Source: Tubiluchus corallicola (lineage: Eukaryota > Animalia > Priapulida). Taken from it: 64,000 bases of DNA. The translations under genes and the position numbers were made by a program. The notes beneath the pieces are model-generated. The model had not been told where the DNA came from. It searched no databases and saw nothing but the letters and a program-made list of their open reading frames with translations. Position 1 is the stretch's first letter; each line of letters opens with the position of its first letter. Positions 14,201 to 26,942 of the stretch are shown in pieces. The DNA lies in assembly GCA_030141605.1 (NCBI GenBank), contig JAQGDQ010000040.1:682001-746000 (forward strand). Reading direction: 5' to 3'.

Positions 14201-15737
14201 TTACAAATTTTGCAGCTAGATGGGCAAACTATTTTTGCTTAAAATCAATTCCATTCGGTTAGTAACACAACGACCATGAAAATATTTTGAACGTGCATCA
14301 ATGTCCACTATGGCTGGATGTACTCTAATGGATGATCTTTCTTATTTATTAAGAGTACTGAGCAGTACATAGATCGAAGGAGATTTAAAGACCAATATAA
14401 CCTCAACAGACATTGAAGTTTTTAATGCATTATTATGATTACATAAAGAATTCATAGTTATTATTAAACGAAGGAAACGTATAAATTAATGACATACCTT
14501 TTTCTGGCGAATTGTGAATGCGTCCATTGCCATGTTTCATGTCTTTGGCGTAAGTGAGCAGTAAAAGCTCATATAATAGTGAGGGCTTGGTTTGACTATT
14601 AACTGGACTGTATCATAATCTTGTAACTCTTGAAAATTTTATGAGAGAGAAAAGAGAATTGATATGCCAACCTTTTCCAATAAAGATTTTGCTCCTAGAA
14701 GAAGCAGAACTTTCACAACTTCAGTAACAACAGGCATAATAAGTTGCCATATTTTACATTTAGTGGAATAGGTAATAGGCTACTAGCAACAGTAGAAGAA
14801 CTCACTGTGAAGTTTCTGTCTGAACTGATTTTACAATAATGATAAATGTCACACAACCAAGTATTTCCCAAGTGCAAGTATTTGATGTAGTTCCAGTGTC
14901 ATATATATGTTTACATGGATTATATCTGAACTTACATTTTTGTACAGTGTTTGTGTCACCTAAATCACTGGAGCTTCTTACAACCAAACCAACAGTATAC
15001 AGAAAACAAAAAATTCAAAGAAATGCAGATTAGGTAGAAAAATGTAGAGGATCAGATTTGAGTTGAAAAGGTATTATTAAATACACTGACGAGGTGAAAT
15101 ATTTTGGGTTTTATCAACCAGTCATTAAATCGGATCCAAATGTCCAATCTATAAACACAAAAAGCAAATTATCAAAAAGATCCCAACGACAAGAACTGTG
15201 GATATATAGTTTGCGAAATGATGTAACTGTATACATACAATAATCCCACCTGAAAAAGAGCTTTCAATTTTGAAAGTCATACCAGAATGTGGACAAGATG
15301 AAACCATAGAACAATAAAAATATTTCAAATTCATGGGTGGTTCCACATAAAGAGCAACTAATCTTTATAACAATAATCGGAAAGATGTGCTGCACTACTG
15401 TAACGATATGCAAATAGACAGGAATAAAGAAAGAAAACTAGCACTTGTTATAGAAGAGCAACAAAATGTAGGTAAGAGTGGAATGATTTCCCTGATGCAA
15501 CAACAGTTAATGGAATTAAAAGGAGCTAAGAATTAAGTTACATACATAAAATAATAGTTAGTACACAAATCAGATGATTCTAACCGAAATCGAGTAAAGC
15601 CCATTTACGTCACTGCCTCACCCTTCTCATACTTATTTTGTTAAGTTATACAGAGTTCAGCTGACCATACTTACATTGCTGTGTTGGTCGATAGTCTTAA
15701 GAAGCTGTGCCTTAATATCACTAGGAGTATGCTGCAT
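11291..15737 (-). CDS. MED26: Mediator of RNA polymerase II transcription subunit 26, 526 aa, 3 coding exons
   Basis: Exons 15737-15675 (MQHTPSDIKAQLLKTIDQHSN), 13242-13168 (VVDMAGCIEAISILERTTFTREDLE) and 12733-11291 (RTRLGKLVNELRKKT...AKRAKKLVKSWQKL), all phase 0 with GT-AG borders. TFIIS-N-like N-terminal domain and the Med26 C-terminal motif WPGVNGCYD...WHDW..C......HILPYV. Confidence 0.95.
14280..15410 (+). mobile_element. Possible highly decayed Helitron Rep remnant in MED26 intron 1
   Basis: Short broken segments resemble Helitron Rep motifs: FFWRI... near 14498 and SNSWVVPH near 15326. No intact ORF, so support is weak. Confidence 0.25.
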
Positions 15738-18700
15738 GGAGCTGTACAAAAACTCTCAAAACTAGCAGAGACAACAGTTACCTCCAGCTAGCTTGCAATC
15801 ACACCGACATCCGCTAGTTGGCATAAAGTAGAAGTTGAAAATTGAAAAAGTATATAGCGAACGCCGTGCGGTTGCGGCCGCGATAGCTCCAGCCATAGTT
15901 CCAAAATCTGTAAAGAAGAAAAACGCTTCATTAAGGACCAACGGACCATTATAAGTTATAGTCAAGTCGGTAAACACTACAATATGAAGCTTACAGGTAT
16001 TAACAGTATTACTATAGAAAAAAGTCGCTACTAGCACTGCTATAAAGATAATTTGTATTAAAAGCGAAAGATTAGAGCTTTAAAAAGTCTTTCTTTGACA
16101 AATTAACAACAATAATACTTTTATAGCTCATGAGTCGTACCAAACGTATAATATTAACGGGTGCATGCCTTATAAAAGTTGATAATCATGCCGTTAAACA
16201 TGTAAACGAAGTGAAATTCGTAAGTGTTATCTGTGACAACTTAATCATGGCATAACGTGGGGCACAAAGAAAGGTAATCACTACGATTATAATATGATGA
16301 ATAAGATCATCCGGTAAACATTTTACTGTATAAATGCTGTTTGGTAAGCGCTAGGTTGGCAGGTTATTGCGTTTCGTATTTAGTGCTAGCAATTTTGTTG
16401 GCATTGTTTTATTGCTGCCTTTGTCCCGGGTATCTTTCCTTCATTGAATTTTAAAACATTCACCTACATCTTAAGTTATGTTATGCCACTGAGATGCTCT
16501 TGTGTAATGTTGTTGCTCTCGATGTTGCCTAATTTCATGCGAGCCTTTATCAGAAGTTTATACCTTTGAAAATGATGTGCAGCACAGTCAGCACGTCACT
16601 CTTTTGAAAACTTAAAAATTAATTCTGGCAATAGGTAGAACTCGGCAACCACAGCCACTGCTAGAGGAAGTGGGCTAAAATCTGCAGAACTTGTTCTAAA
16701 TTGCTCTTAATGCCACAGTGAGCGTCCTATAATATGGCCATACTGGGTGATGATGTTCTGCGATAACACTAGGTCAATCCTGTAAAATCTGCTGTGGTGT
16801 AGGTATCGTCGTCCAGAAATAAGAAAACATCGAAGCCTCACTTTCCTGAGGCTACAGAAGAGAGGGAGCACCCGATTCTGGCACAGGTTATTCAAGAAAA
16901 ATTCGTGCTGCACCCGTGACATTGACATGTTATTTAATTAAGATTAAATATATTAGCGTGTTTTCTCTCTCTGCTTAAAAACCTTGACAAATACATACTT
17001 GATTTTTGGCCCGAAAAAATAACAGTTGCTAAACGCTTGTGTATAGACTTCTGTGCAATACAATTTGACTGAATGATGCATAGCAATGTGTCGTTTTGAA
17101 AAAAGGTATAACAGTAAAATATACTTTAAACGTTTATTGATACAGAAGTTTCCACAAAACGAAGCATTTCCGGCTAGAAAATCTCCTAATGGACTGCGAT
17201 GGGCAAACAAATCATTCTGAATATGGGTAGCTGGAATCATTGGTCCCATAATGCGGTTGATGAAATCTTGTCCAATGATGACATCAATTCTTCTCTGGGT
17301 GTTTCTTCGTGGTGGCAAGTTCAATAGTCGTAGCTGCCGAACTTTTTCCCAAGCTTGTGCGTTTAGTCGAATTGGCTTTACTTGGAATGGAGGCGCTAGC
17401 TTTGGAATTGCATAAGCTTGAATTTGTAGACTAAAATCTTTAGACCCCTTTAGAATGAACTTCACTTTACTCGACTGTACTGACTCTATTACATCTGTGT
17501 TAAAGCGTGATATTTCTAGCTTGTATCTTTCCATGCGTAATAGATTAAGTCTAAAAGCTGCTCTGTCGCTGATACTTGAATGTTTGGCTCCACCATCAAC
17601 GTAGACAAAAACTTCACGAGCCTCTTAAGTTTGCGGATTCACTGCTGTGCATGGAAACGCTGGCATCACAATGCCTTCCTCTGCTGGATAGGTGACGTGG
17701 AAATCACGCTGCTTAACTATGATTTCAGTGACGCTTGGTTCTGTCTGTACAGATAAATGTTGGGGAGATAATATCTCTCGTTTCTCGCAAAGCGCTGAGT
17801 TGTGACTGGTACTTTTGCAGTGGAAACATGGCTTCTGTCTGTTGCAGTCTTTCATTAAGAGCCGGGTACTCAAACATTTGTAGCATCTTTTAGCATTGGC
17901 TATCATTTCCTTGTTTTTTTTGGATCTACCACCTTCTTGCATTCGTCACTGTAGTGATTGTCTTTTCCACAAAAGGCGCATCTCAGTTTATTTCTCGTAA
18001 ATGTTCTGAATAAGATTTGCAGTAGGGATAGCTTTTTCTGTTCCAGAACCCTGGTTCCGCAGCTGTGTTTTCTTAACTTGTCCTTCATTGGTTCGATGCA
18101 AATTTACTTCTTGGTAGTCTTGCAAAAATGAAATTAATTCTTCCATTTTTACTGCATCTCTCTTTTTGCCTTGATACAGCCGAAATCTATTCATTTCTTA
18201 CGTCAGATATTTAGGTAGTTTTTCTACTAACTCCCTCACGTGACTGTCGAGGGCTTGATTTGTTGTCTTGACGTTTGAGCGATATAGTAACTGAGCGTAT
18301 TTCATCGGTAATTTGTTCAAGGTTACTCAGGTTTTCTTTCACGTGTGGAACTGCTTTCAGGGACTCCCAATGAGCTTTCTCTTGAAAACCGGGATTGCCG
18401 TAAAAATTCTTCAAAATAGTGACTGCTTCACTGTACTTGTCGCCTTCCATTCCCAACCCTTTAATTTTGTCATACGCTGGTCCTTCTAAAACTCGATGTA
18501 GATCGTCTAATTTCTGTTTGTTGCTGAGTTGTCTGCTGTCACGGTTGATTTTGAATGACTCCCAGAAATTGTTCCATTGTAATGCGTTGCCGTTAAATTT
18601 TGCTAGTTCGATCTTTGGGAGCCTCGCGGTTGTAAAATTCATAGTAGAATCTGATGACATATGCGGTGGCGGACTGATCACGGGTTGCTTTTTTACCGTT

Positions 18701-19411
18701 TTCACCGACTCCAGGATTAACTCTGGCCTCTTCTTTGCGTTATTTTCGTTCGCGTTCGCGTTCTCGTTCTTCTTGAAGCGTTTGGAACATCTGTTGTTGC
18801 GATTGTAGAAACATTTGCATCATTGCAAGTGTAGCGTCTTGTTGTGACAGCGATCCGCCCTGCGCTGGTTGATTTACCCGTGACGTAGTTTTATTCAGCA
18901 ATACTTGATCCCTGGATGTAGTATTTTGCTGTGTTGGCAGCGAAGTGGCTTCCGTCTGATTTTCGTCAGACATTTCGACCTTATCAGTTGGTCTCGTAGC
19001 TTGAATTACATTGATGACGTTACCATTGCAACCGAATTCGGACAACTGCTTTGTAGTAAACGTTCCCGATTTCACCAGCTGAATTAGTAAATTATTGTCG
19101 CAACATTTCAAGCATGCCCATTGAAATTCGCCCAGCTTACTTAATGCCTCATAAAGTTTCTCTGTTAGTACATGATCTTGCTTTAGGTTTAAACAGTTTA
19201 TACACCACCAACGTTCACAGCTGTCACATATCAACCCACTTGCAACACTTTGATGACAATTTATGCATTTGTTATCTTTAGCCATAATTAGTCATTACGA
19301 AAATGTTCGAAAATTATTTACCGGTAGACAGACGTCCTAGCGAGTAGACGATCGCTCTTTCTTGGTAAACGTAGACTGCATACAAGTATCGTCGCCCACT
19401 GATTAGCAGAA

Positions 19412-19429
19412 AACTACTCTCTGCTACCA
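19412..19429 (-). other. Primer-binding site complementary to the 3' end of initiator tRNA-Met
   Basis: Minus strand TGGTAGCAGAGAGTAGTT begins 4 nt inside the 5' LTR end. Animal tRNA-iMet 3' ends typically read ...CTCTGCTACCA. Confidence 0.8.
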
Positions 19430-19433
19430 ATTT

Positions 19434-19730
19434 TGTGGTGTTGACAAAAGGTATAACAGTAGAATATACTTTAAACATTTATTGATACAGAAGTTTCCAC
19501 AGAAATATAGGTAAAATGATGTCTGCATATAATGTCTTGTAAAAGCCAACTGCTAGTACAGAATATAGCAAAACTAGAACAACAGTTAACTATTAGGTTA
19601 AGCCCATTTTTAGAATAGGTAACAGATAGATAGAAGCCATATCTACTACAGTAATAGCGGTTTTACAGGTTATTAATCTAATTGCAAATTAAATGTATTT
19701 TTTTATGATTTTCGGTCGTTCACAACGACA
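19434..19730 (-). repeat. 5' LTR (~297 bp) of the BEL/Pao element
   Basis: TG...CA ends, AATAAA on the minus strand near 19480, followed by the PBS. Its terminal ~69 bp are repeated at 17089-17157. Confidence 0.8.
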
Positions 19731-22341
19731 CAATGTAATCAGGGCACGACTTGGTGTAACGATAAGTGCTCATTACCTTAATTTTATGTTCAGTGCAGGT
19801 ATCCTTGTCCAGGAACAAGATAGTGCTAAAGAGCCACTCTCCTGAGGCTACGGAGGGGCATCTCAATTACACTAAGCAAGGCAAGAAGTAGGAATGGCTT
19901 GATAAAAGCACATAGATTCGGGAAAGTTTTCCGACACTGAAGATATTTTTCAGTAACTAATATTTTTCGCAGTCTTTGCGAGAGGCGGGTCTCCTCACTT
20001 TTGCAGACTTATTACTGCCAAATGCATATATCTGCAACGTCTTGGTCAACGTCTGGTCAGAGATCAATGAAAAACGTGTCACCACCCATCCGTAAACAGA
20101 CGAGAGCAGAAAGCGGGCCACTCATTCTGTCAGACAGGACAGGACAGAGGTACCTTTATTAAAGAATATTAATTGTGTAAAAGAAAGTCAAGTGAGTGGA
20201 GGAAGTCGATCCTTTAGCGCAATATTTTAATATTTTTGAAGAATACTAATAAAATATCCAAATAAAATGCAAATCATATACACTACATGTGCTTGCTGAT
20301 ATCCATATGAGTAACGTATTTTATGAGCAGTTTGAAATTGGACTTACATTTCCCCATCTGGTCTGGGTCTCAGAACGACTGTGTCCATAAAATCTTGTTG
20401 CGTATTACATATTAATGTAGGGATGATTTCTATTACCTATTGCAAAGTAATCTGCTGTCTTGCTGTCTTTGTGGTACTTGCATGGCTTCTTTAATTTGCA
20501 GTCTTTATGGCACTATGTGAGTCGACACAAATTTTATGTCAATTCAGCTTTAAAATTTATTAATGGTAATAATTATTATTTTATTATTAATATCGTTGTC
20601 ATCGTTGCTTGGCACAACACTGGTTTTCACATCGACATCCTCTTTCTGTTTCTCTGTCTTTCTTCCCATTCGTTCTTTTCATCCATCCCTCTCTCTCTCT
20701 CCTTTTCCATTTCTCCCTGAGGTTGCCTTTAATTTATGCGACTGTTTTGATATTTTTAGGTCTCCTGAGTCACACAGCTTTATTATTTGTAGTTTAAACA
20801 TATAAATTTTTCGTGTTTTTTCTACAACTATGTTGTAAATTTCTATTTGTAATTTGTAGTTTGCTGGGTGAAAATAAATAAGAAACTTGCTATTAGAGAG
20901 TTACAATTATCTCTTTACAACTGCCTTATCTTACCATACTTCAACTATTGCAATATATCTGCGGTTTGACTTATAAAACAAAGCTAAACAAGCTCATTAT
21001 AACATGAGCATTACAAAGGTCATTACAAAGAAATCCATAAGCGTACAATATTCCAAAAAAAGAAGGAAAACGTACCAATGACATGCTTTTCAGGCAGCAA
21101 AACTATTCAAGTAAACGACCTTATTAACTTCAACTTATCTGTATATACCAGCAACCATCTTATTCCGGGCTTCTACGCTAACTCTGTTACACTAAATGAC
21201 AGAAGATACTGCACAAGAAATAATGAACATAATCCACCTTATAATACTCTTACTACCTTACAGGACAGATGCAGCTAGACTATTTCTTACTTCAAGAAGT
21301 CAATTGACGTGTAACATAACGTCAATCATTTTCGTTGACTGCCCAATCAGCGTGCAAGTTATTTCACACACTCCTGCAGCAGGTACGTTCAGGACATTTA
21401 GCTACAGCTCCGTCTAATACTGTTATGAAAAATACTGTTAGCGGGAGAAATATTGGCTTGATTCTAGATTTTAATATTGTCAACTGAAATTGCAAGTAAA
21501 TTAGTGGAAATATGTAGTATAGTTTCGTTTATATATGCACACCCGCTTACGTCTATGAGTTGCTGATTATACCATTTTGCAATCAAGAAAATACGCAGTT
21601 TAGTTTAGTTTATGGCTTTGCAAGTTAGATAAAAAGAACTATTTGATTAACTTTAAATAAGGACAAAACAAAATGTTTTCTTTTCTGGCCAGTGGCACTA
21701 AAACACTTAATCTTCAATCAAAACCACCACAGCTACCCGGATTGACAACAAACAAGCACAATATACGTTTGCATGTTTATGTAGATATTGTAGGCTGGAA
21801 GCAAACGCTCGCTTGCGTGCACGTATAATAAAATGCTTTTATAAAAATACCGCACAAGCTACCCAGAAGTAAGCGATTATACAGAAGCAAAAGCCAGATT
21901 CTGCTCATGCTTACGCTCTTCCCCGTTTCTCGGATTTCTTTTAACTCTGAGTTGAACAAAGAACCAATGACTTTTTTAAACCGAAACGAAACATTGCTTC
22001 ACAGTATGTGTTCTCTAAAGAAAAGGAAAACAGCAGGGATAAGATGGTAGGCTTATATTTGTATGGTGGTGATGTTCAGGAAGGGGTTATGCTTCGCGAA
22101 AATACATTCCTCGTGAATTTTTTGTGTGAATTTATTTTAGTGAATATTATAATTGCCACGTACGCCATAATACTATTATTTTTATGCTAGCAGTTTGGTA
22201 AACTGTAACAAATAGACGTAAAGCACAGCTGTTGCTTAGGTGGCTTGTTTCTGTGCAATGTTTGTAAGTACTAAATACTTTTTTAATAAACACAAGCCTA
22301 CATTTATCAAGTCATTATTAATTTTAATATATAATTTTAAT

Positions 22342-22347
22342 TATATA

Positions 22348-22405
<58 letters not shown>

Positions 22406-22409
22406 TATA
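22342..22409. repeat. (TA)n microsatellite
   Basis: Direct reading. Confidence 0.95.
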
Positions 22410-23227
22410 GTATGATGCTTCTTTCAGTAAGATATGCCGCTTTTAACTTTGATTTCGTGATTTTTTCGCATTTTCACGAGAAAATTGGATTCGCCATTAA
22501 CAAACGTTATTAAGACTCATATTGCTTTAAACAAATGAAATGAAAAATGGGTCTTGGCATCGCTGACCTATTCAATTTCCTTTAAATACATTTGTGAGAG
22601 TCAGTAAGATGCTGCTGCTTGCCTGTTAAGTGCGTTACATTTCTTATCAGCGAAATTTGTGCTCGTGATATTTTAATGTTTCTTTAGTATTTCAGATACA
22701 TACTACGTTCTTCATGCAAAGAGGCCTACGTGAGCAATTATTTTGCATGCAGATTCCACGGCTAGTATACTGTCATTCAGTTCCTGTGAGATGGTTTGCA
22801 ACAGAAAAAAAGCGGGATCAAATATACATGTTTAGCTGACGAGTGTTCAAGTGGCCGATCCAAAATATATACAAAAATCGGGAAGCTAGCCAAACATCGG
22901 ATGGTACTACATGTACATAGCAGCAAAGATACACACGCCTTACCCGTTTTCTCATGGACTTGGTATCGTTTTTGTGTATATGGGCCATATAATTACGTAG
23001 TGTAAACTATTTTATAAATGTATGGAAATAATGTAATGTGTTTCACAATAAAGTTTTTCTTTTCAACGGAAACCTGTTATGTTATAGATTGAAATTCAGG
23101 CCTGCAAAAAAATGAGGCTGCAATGTAAGTTTCTTATTAACAATTTTTTGTACTTATTATTGTTCTTTATGGAATTGAAATCTTGAATTGTTGTGATGTA
23201 ATTAACAGTTGATGAATAATTAGCCTA

Positions 23228-23450
23228 GACTAACTAACTGACTAACTGACTGACTGACTAATTGACTGACTAACTCTGACTGACTAACTTACTAACTGGC
23301 TGACTGACTAACTAACTAACTAACTGACTGACTGAGTGACTGACTGACTGACCGACCGACAGACCGACCAACCGACAGACGAACTGACTAAGTAAATAAC
23401 GAACGAACGAAAGAACAAACAAACAAACAAACTAACTAACTAACTAACCA
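23228..23450. repeat. Compound tetranucleotide microsatellite (CTAA/CTGA/CCGA/ACGA/ACAA)
   Basis: Direct reading; the 4-nt unit drifts stepwise along the array. Confidence 0.9.
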
Positions 23451-23652
23451 ATTGTTCACTCCTCTTTGTTCAGAAAACCGGTTCTTGATTTTATCTGCAA
23501 AATTTATAGATCTTCCGTTTCGATTAAAAGAAAGAAAATTCAGCCTTAATTGCGATTCGTTGTGTTCAAAATTACTTGGAAAAGTAACTGTGGGTCTCTA
23601 AAAATTACGGGTCTTTGCCAGGCATTTCATAAGCGTTTGTATGCGTGTTTGT

Positions 23653-23858
<206 letters not shown>

Positions 23859-24567
23859 TCCAGCGATTCTGATTTCTGCTTTTTTGTTTTCCCACCTGGT
23901 TTTTGTTTGCTGCATGCTCTGTGGTTTTAATATGTGAATGTATCATTTTTGTAGTGCGGGAATTTTATTATAAATAATGTAAAAAATAATATTATAAATA
24001 ACTTTATATGATCTTATTGTTTTTTCTTTGTTCGCCTGAAAGTGAAACATCGTGTCTTTTCTTGGTTTAGTGGGATCTTTTTTAATTAGATTGGAAATCT
24101 CGGGTTAAATCAAGACTTTCTACAACAAGAAGCAATGAATAAAATGCAATGAAGCCGTTTTATTAAATTTTAATTTTAACGTATACATAATACATGGTGT
24201 TGAATAATACTACAAAATTTAATTTCCTCAATATATTTTTATCACAAACTGCTGCTTATATAAACTAATTGATTTGAATTCAATATAATTAAATTTCATG
24301 CTCTTATACCGGCCATTTGTTTAGTGCATTTTAAACGTACAATTTAAAGAGTTTTCGTTATAGCCTTGCAAGCTGGAGAAGATACACCTTACACTAGGCT
24401 CTGAATTATAACTACTAATTTATATAGCAGATATATACTACATAGCTACGTCCACCCGGCTATGAAGTACTAACTGGCATATGTGACATCAAAGACAGTC
24501 CAACTCTCAAAAATGATGTCGCTGAAAAGACTATATAGTAGGCCTACTGTACGGCTGCAACGCCGAT

Positions 24568-26942
24568 TTACAAGCTTCGTATTAGATCTTCCAGCTCGAT
24601 TTTGGACAGAAATCCATCACCTGAAAACAATAAAAAAGCCTATATACAAATTATCTGTTACTTTCTCTTAGTTTTGATTAAACCAAATTATGTTCTCAAC
24701 AAGTAATCAACAACATGTCATCAAGTAAGCTAATGATCATGTAAGAACAATGCATTCTTGTCTAAATGTGATTCTATTTAACAAGAAAAAGAGAGCAAAC
24801 AAAGGATTAATTGCTCTCGTGACCTTCTTTCCTCGTATTGCAAAAAAAGTTTTTTTCCGACTGCCCTGCTTTTAGCTTGTACGATTTCTTTTAATTAATA
24901 CTGTGCATGAGTGACTTGTAAGAACAAAAACATCTATTGCAACAAAATCTCTTTCAAGTGTCCGTCATTAGTAAGAAGGCCTTTTATCAAAAGCATCTAA
25001 AATTTTATTTGTCATTTTAAATATTTTTGCACATTAATTAAAGTCATTATAAAACATTTTTATTATTGTAGGTGCACCTTCCAATTGAAAAGTCCATAAC
25101 ATTTTGAAAGCCCACAAGGCGTAGCCAGTTTTTAAAGTTAGGGAGGACACGCACATAAAAACGCTCTTAAATTCAATTAAATAGAATTAAATTCATTTAA
25201 ATTTTAATTTATATTATAAGCACAAGGAAGTTCAAAACTCAATAAAAAACTTTATTAAATTTTAGTTATAAGTATCATTAATTATTTTTCTTATAAGCAT
25301 AAATTGAAACTTATCGAAGCAATGTGAAAATGTTTGAAACAATTATAATAGTCTCATTCATCTGAAAAGTCAAACAAGATTCCAGCGGCTGCCAGCGATT
25401 GAGAAGTAGTTGAATTCAGATGAATGAGACTATTATAATTGTTTCAAACATTTTCACATTGCTTCGATAAGTTTGGCGGTTAGGCGAGTAATGAGCCGTA
25501 AAGTTTTTTCCAAAGCCATTCGATAAAAATAAGGAGACTTTAATCTCACAAGTAAACTAAAGGGTTAAAGAATGTTGAAAAATCGCATCTTGTTTTGTTA
25601 AAGATCAATCAATTCTCTTCCCCAACTCTAGATACGTCCCAATATGGGAAGGAGTGTTTGTCAGTTTCAGTTATAACCTAAGAACAAAAAAACTTTTAAT
25701 TGAAAGAAGAACGTAAAAGAATTAGATAGAAAGCTGCACGAAGATACGTTCTTTTGAAAGCACACCTTTGTATTATGTATTTAAAAACAAGGAAATAAAA
25801 TACTGTTTATACCGTTTTCATCAAGTGTTTGCAGAAGTTGTTTGGGTTCTAAGCCAGTGTCTTCTACTAGTTCGTTTAACACATTTGTCAACAAGATCAG
25901 ATGTTCTTCACTACTCACTTCTACTTGGTAATTTGTAATACGAAGCACTCCCGATTCAGATTCTGTAGCGGATCTCTTTTTAAATCTAAAACAATGGCAC
26001 AAATAATACATGTTAAAATGATTTTAGCGATAAGGACAGTTTCTTCACTAGAAATCACAAATCAAAAAAGCAAAGACACAGTTTCGTGAAAACACCAGAC
26101 TATTTTAGTCTGGAATTGTTCAATATAAAACATATTCTACTTAGAATTGTTAGAATTTAGTTAGAATTGGACGTAATCTATAATATTTATGGTGTTTGCG
26201 TACGCAGAGCACTGCAGATTAGATTTAGACTAAATTTTCTCACCGAAACATGCGCACAATTTACGTCTCAAAAATGTCAGATCATAGAATTTACATTTTA
26301 AAATGTACATATTCCAATGTCTGCAATGCATATATGTCGATGGAAGCATTGAGATAAAGCATTTTATATATCATATAAAGACTGCTTTCCAACCACTTAC
26401 TTAGCAGGTAAAGCGCCTACTTTGGAAATAGAATATCTGGGTTCTTCCTTTGTCAAGAAATAGAAATTAAGCCAAGGAAATGCAAAAATATGTCATACTG
26501 AATAGAGGCTGCTTTCCGGCAAATTGCCTAGGTGGTAGATCGCCTGCACAGCAGATTAGCTAGAGCAAAGTTTGAGTAACAAATTTTTAATCAATTTCTT
26601 CCCCAAGCTGACAGTGGCAGCTAATTTCGCCAGGTGGTGGAAAAACAGAAAGAAAGAACTTATTAACCCACATAAAACAATAATTGCACTTTAATAACTA
26701 ATGAAATAACTTTACGATTGATTTTTGCAGTCAATGAAGGTAAAATTGAATAGTCAGTGTACTTACTCGTGTGTTATTTTTACACCGTAGTAACCGCTGC
26801 CTGGTCTGACGTCTGGACTAATGTAAGTGTTTTTTCCTACGGGATAGTGAACACCACGACTCTTACTAAAATTACAGCCTTCAGCGACCATACAAGCAGC
26901 TAATACAGTTATCAACAAAATCATTGCCGGCTTCATTATCAT
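24568..26942 (-). CDS. Small secreted precursor (133 aa): signal peptide, Gly/Tyr-rich cationic peptide, KKR cleavage site, acidic EF-hand domain
   Basis: Exons 26942-26767 (MIMKPAMILLITVLAACMVAEG-CNFSKSRGVHYPVGKNTYISPDVRPGSGYYGVKITH, ends phase 2), 25985-25813 (E-FKKRSATESE...VSSEEHLILL...QLLQTLDEN, ends phase 1) and 24620-24568 (G-DGFLSKIELEDLIRSL*). All borders are GT-AG and in frame. Splicing creates a canonical EF-hand loop, DENGDGFLSKIE. A non-coding first exon ends at donor 27269; AATAAA on the minus strand at ~24158-24163. Confidence 0.8.
25307..25474. repeat. Perfect 60-bp inverted repeat with a 48-bp spacer (intronic hairpin)
   Basis: Arm 25307-25366 (aaacttatcgaagc...tcattcatctgaa) is the exact reverse complement of 25415-25474. 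Confidence 0.92.

Larger units (their letters stand above)
17089..19730 (-). mobile_element. BEL/Pao LTR retrotransposon, internally deleted and frameshifted (gag and protease only)
   Basis: Termini TGTCGTT...AACGACA with 5-bp TSD CAATG (17084-17088 and 19731-19735). 5' LTR ~19434-19730; only the last ~69 bp of the 3' LTR remain (17089-~17157, matching 19434-~19502). Broken ORFs encode a PHD-like finger (18740-19285), a DUF1759-like gag segment LPKIELAKFNGNALQWNNFWESF (18211-18705), Zn knuckles CAFCGKDNHYSDEC and CFHCKSTSHNSALC, and an aspartic protease VYVDGGAKHS...IDVIIGQD. Confidence 0.9.

Noticed and set aside
15762-16037. ORF with MAGAIAAATARR as an extra MED26 N-terminal exon
   Set aside because: It would need an intron of about 40 nt, and the ATG at 15737 already matches the expected MED26 N-terminus; more likely promoter or 5' UTR.
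16747-16850. C/D-box snoRNA (GTGATGA ... CTGA)
   Set aside because: No terminal stem, no recognisable rRNA guide, and the related copy at ~19793 lacks a C box.
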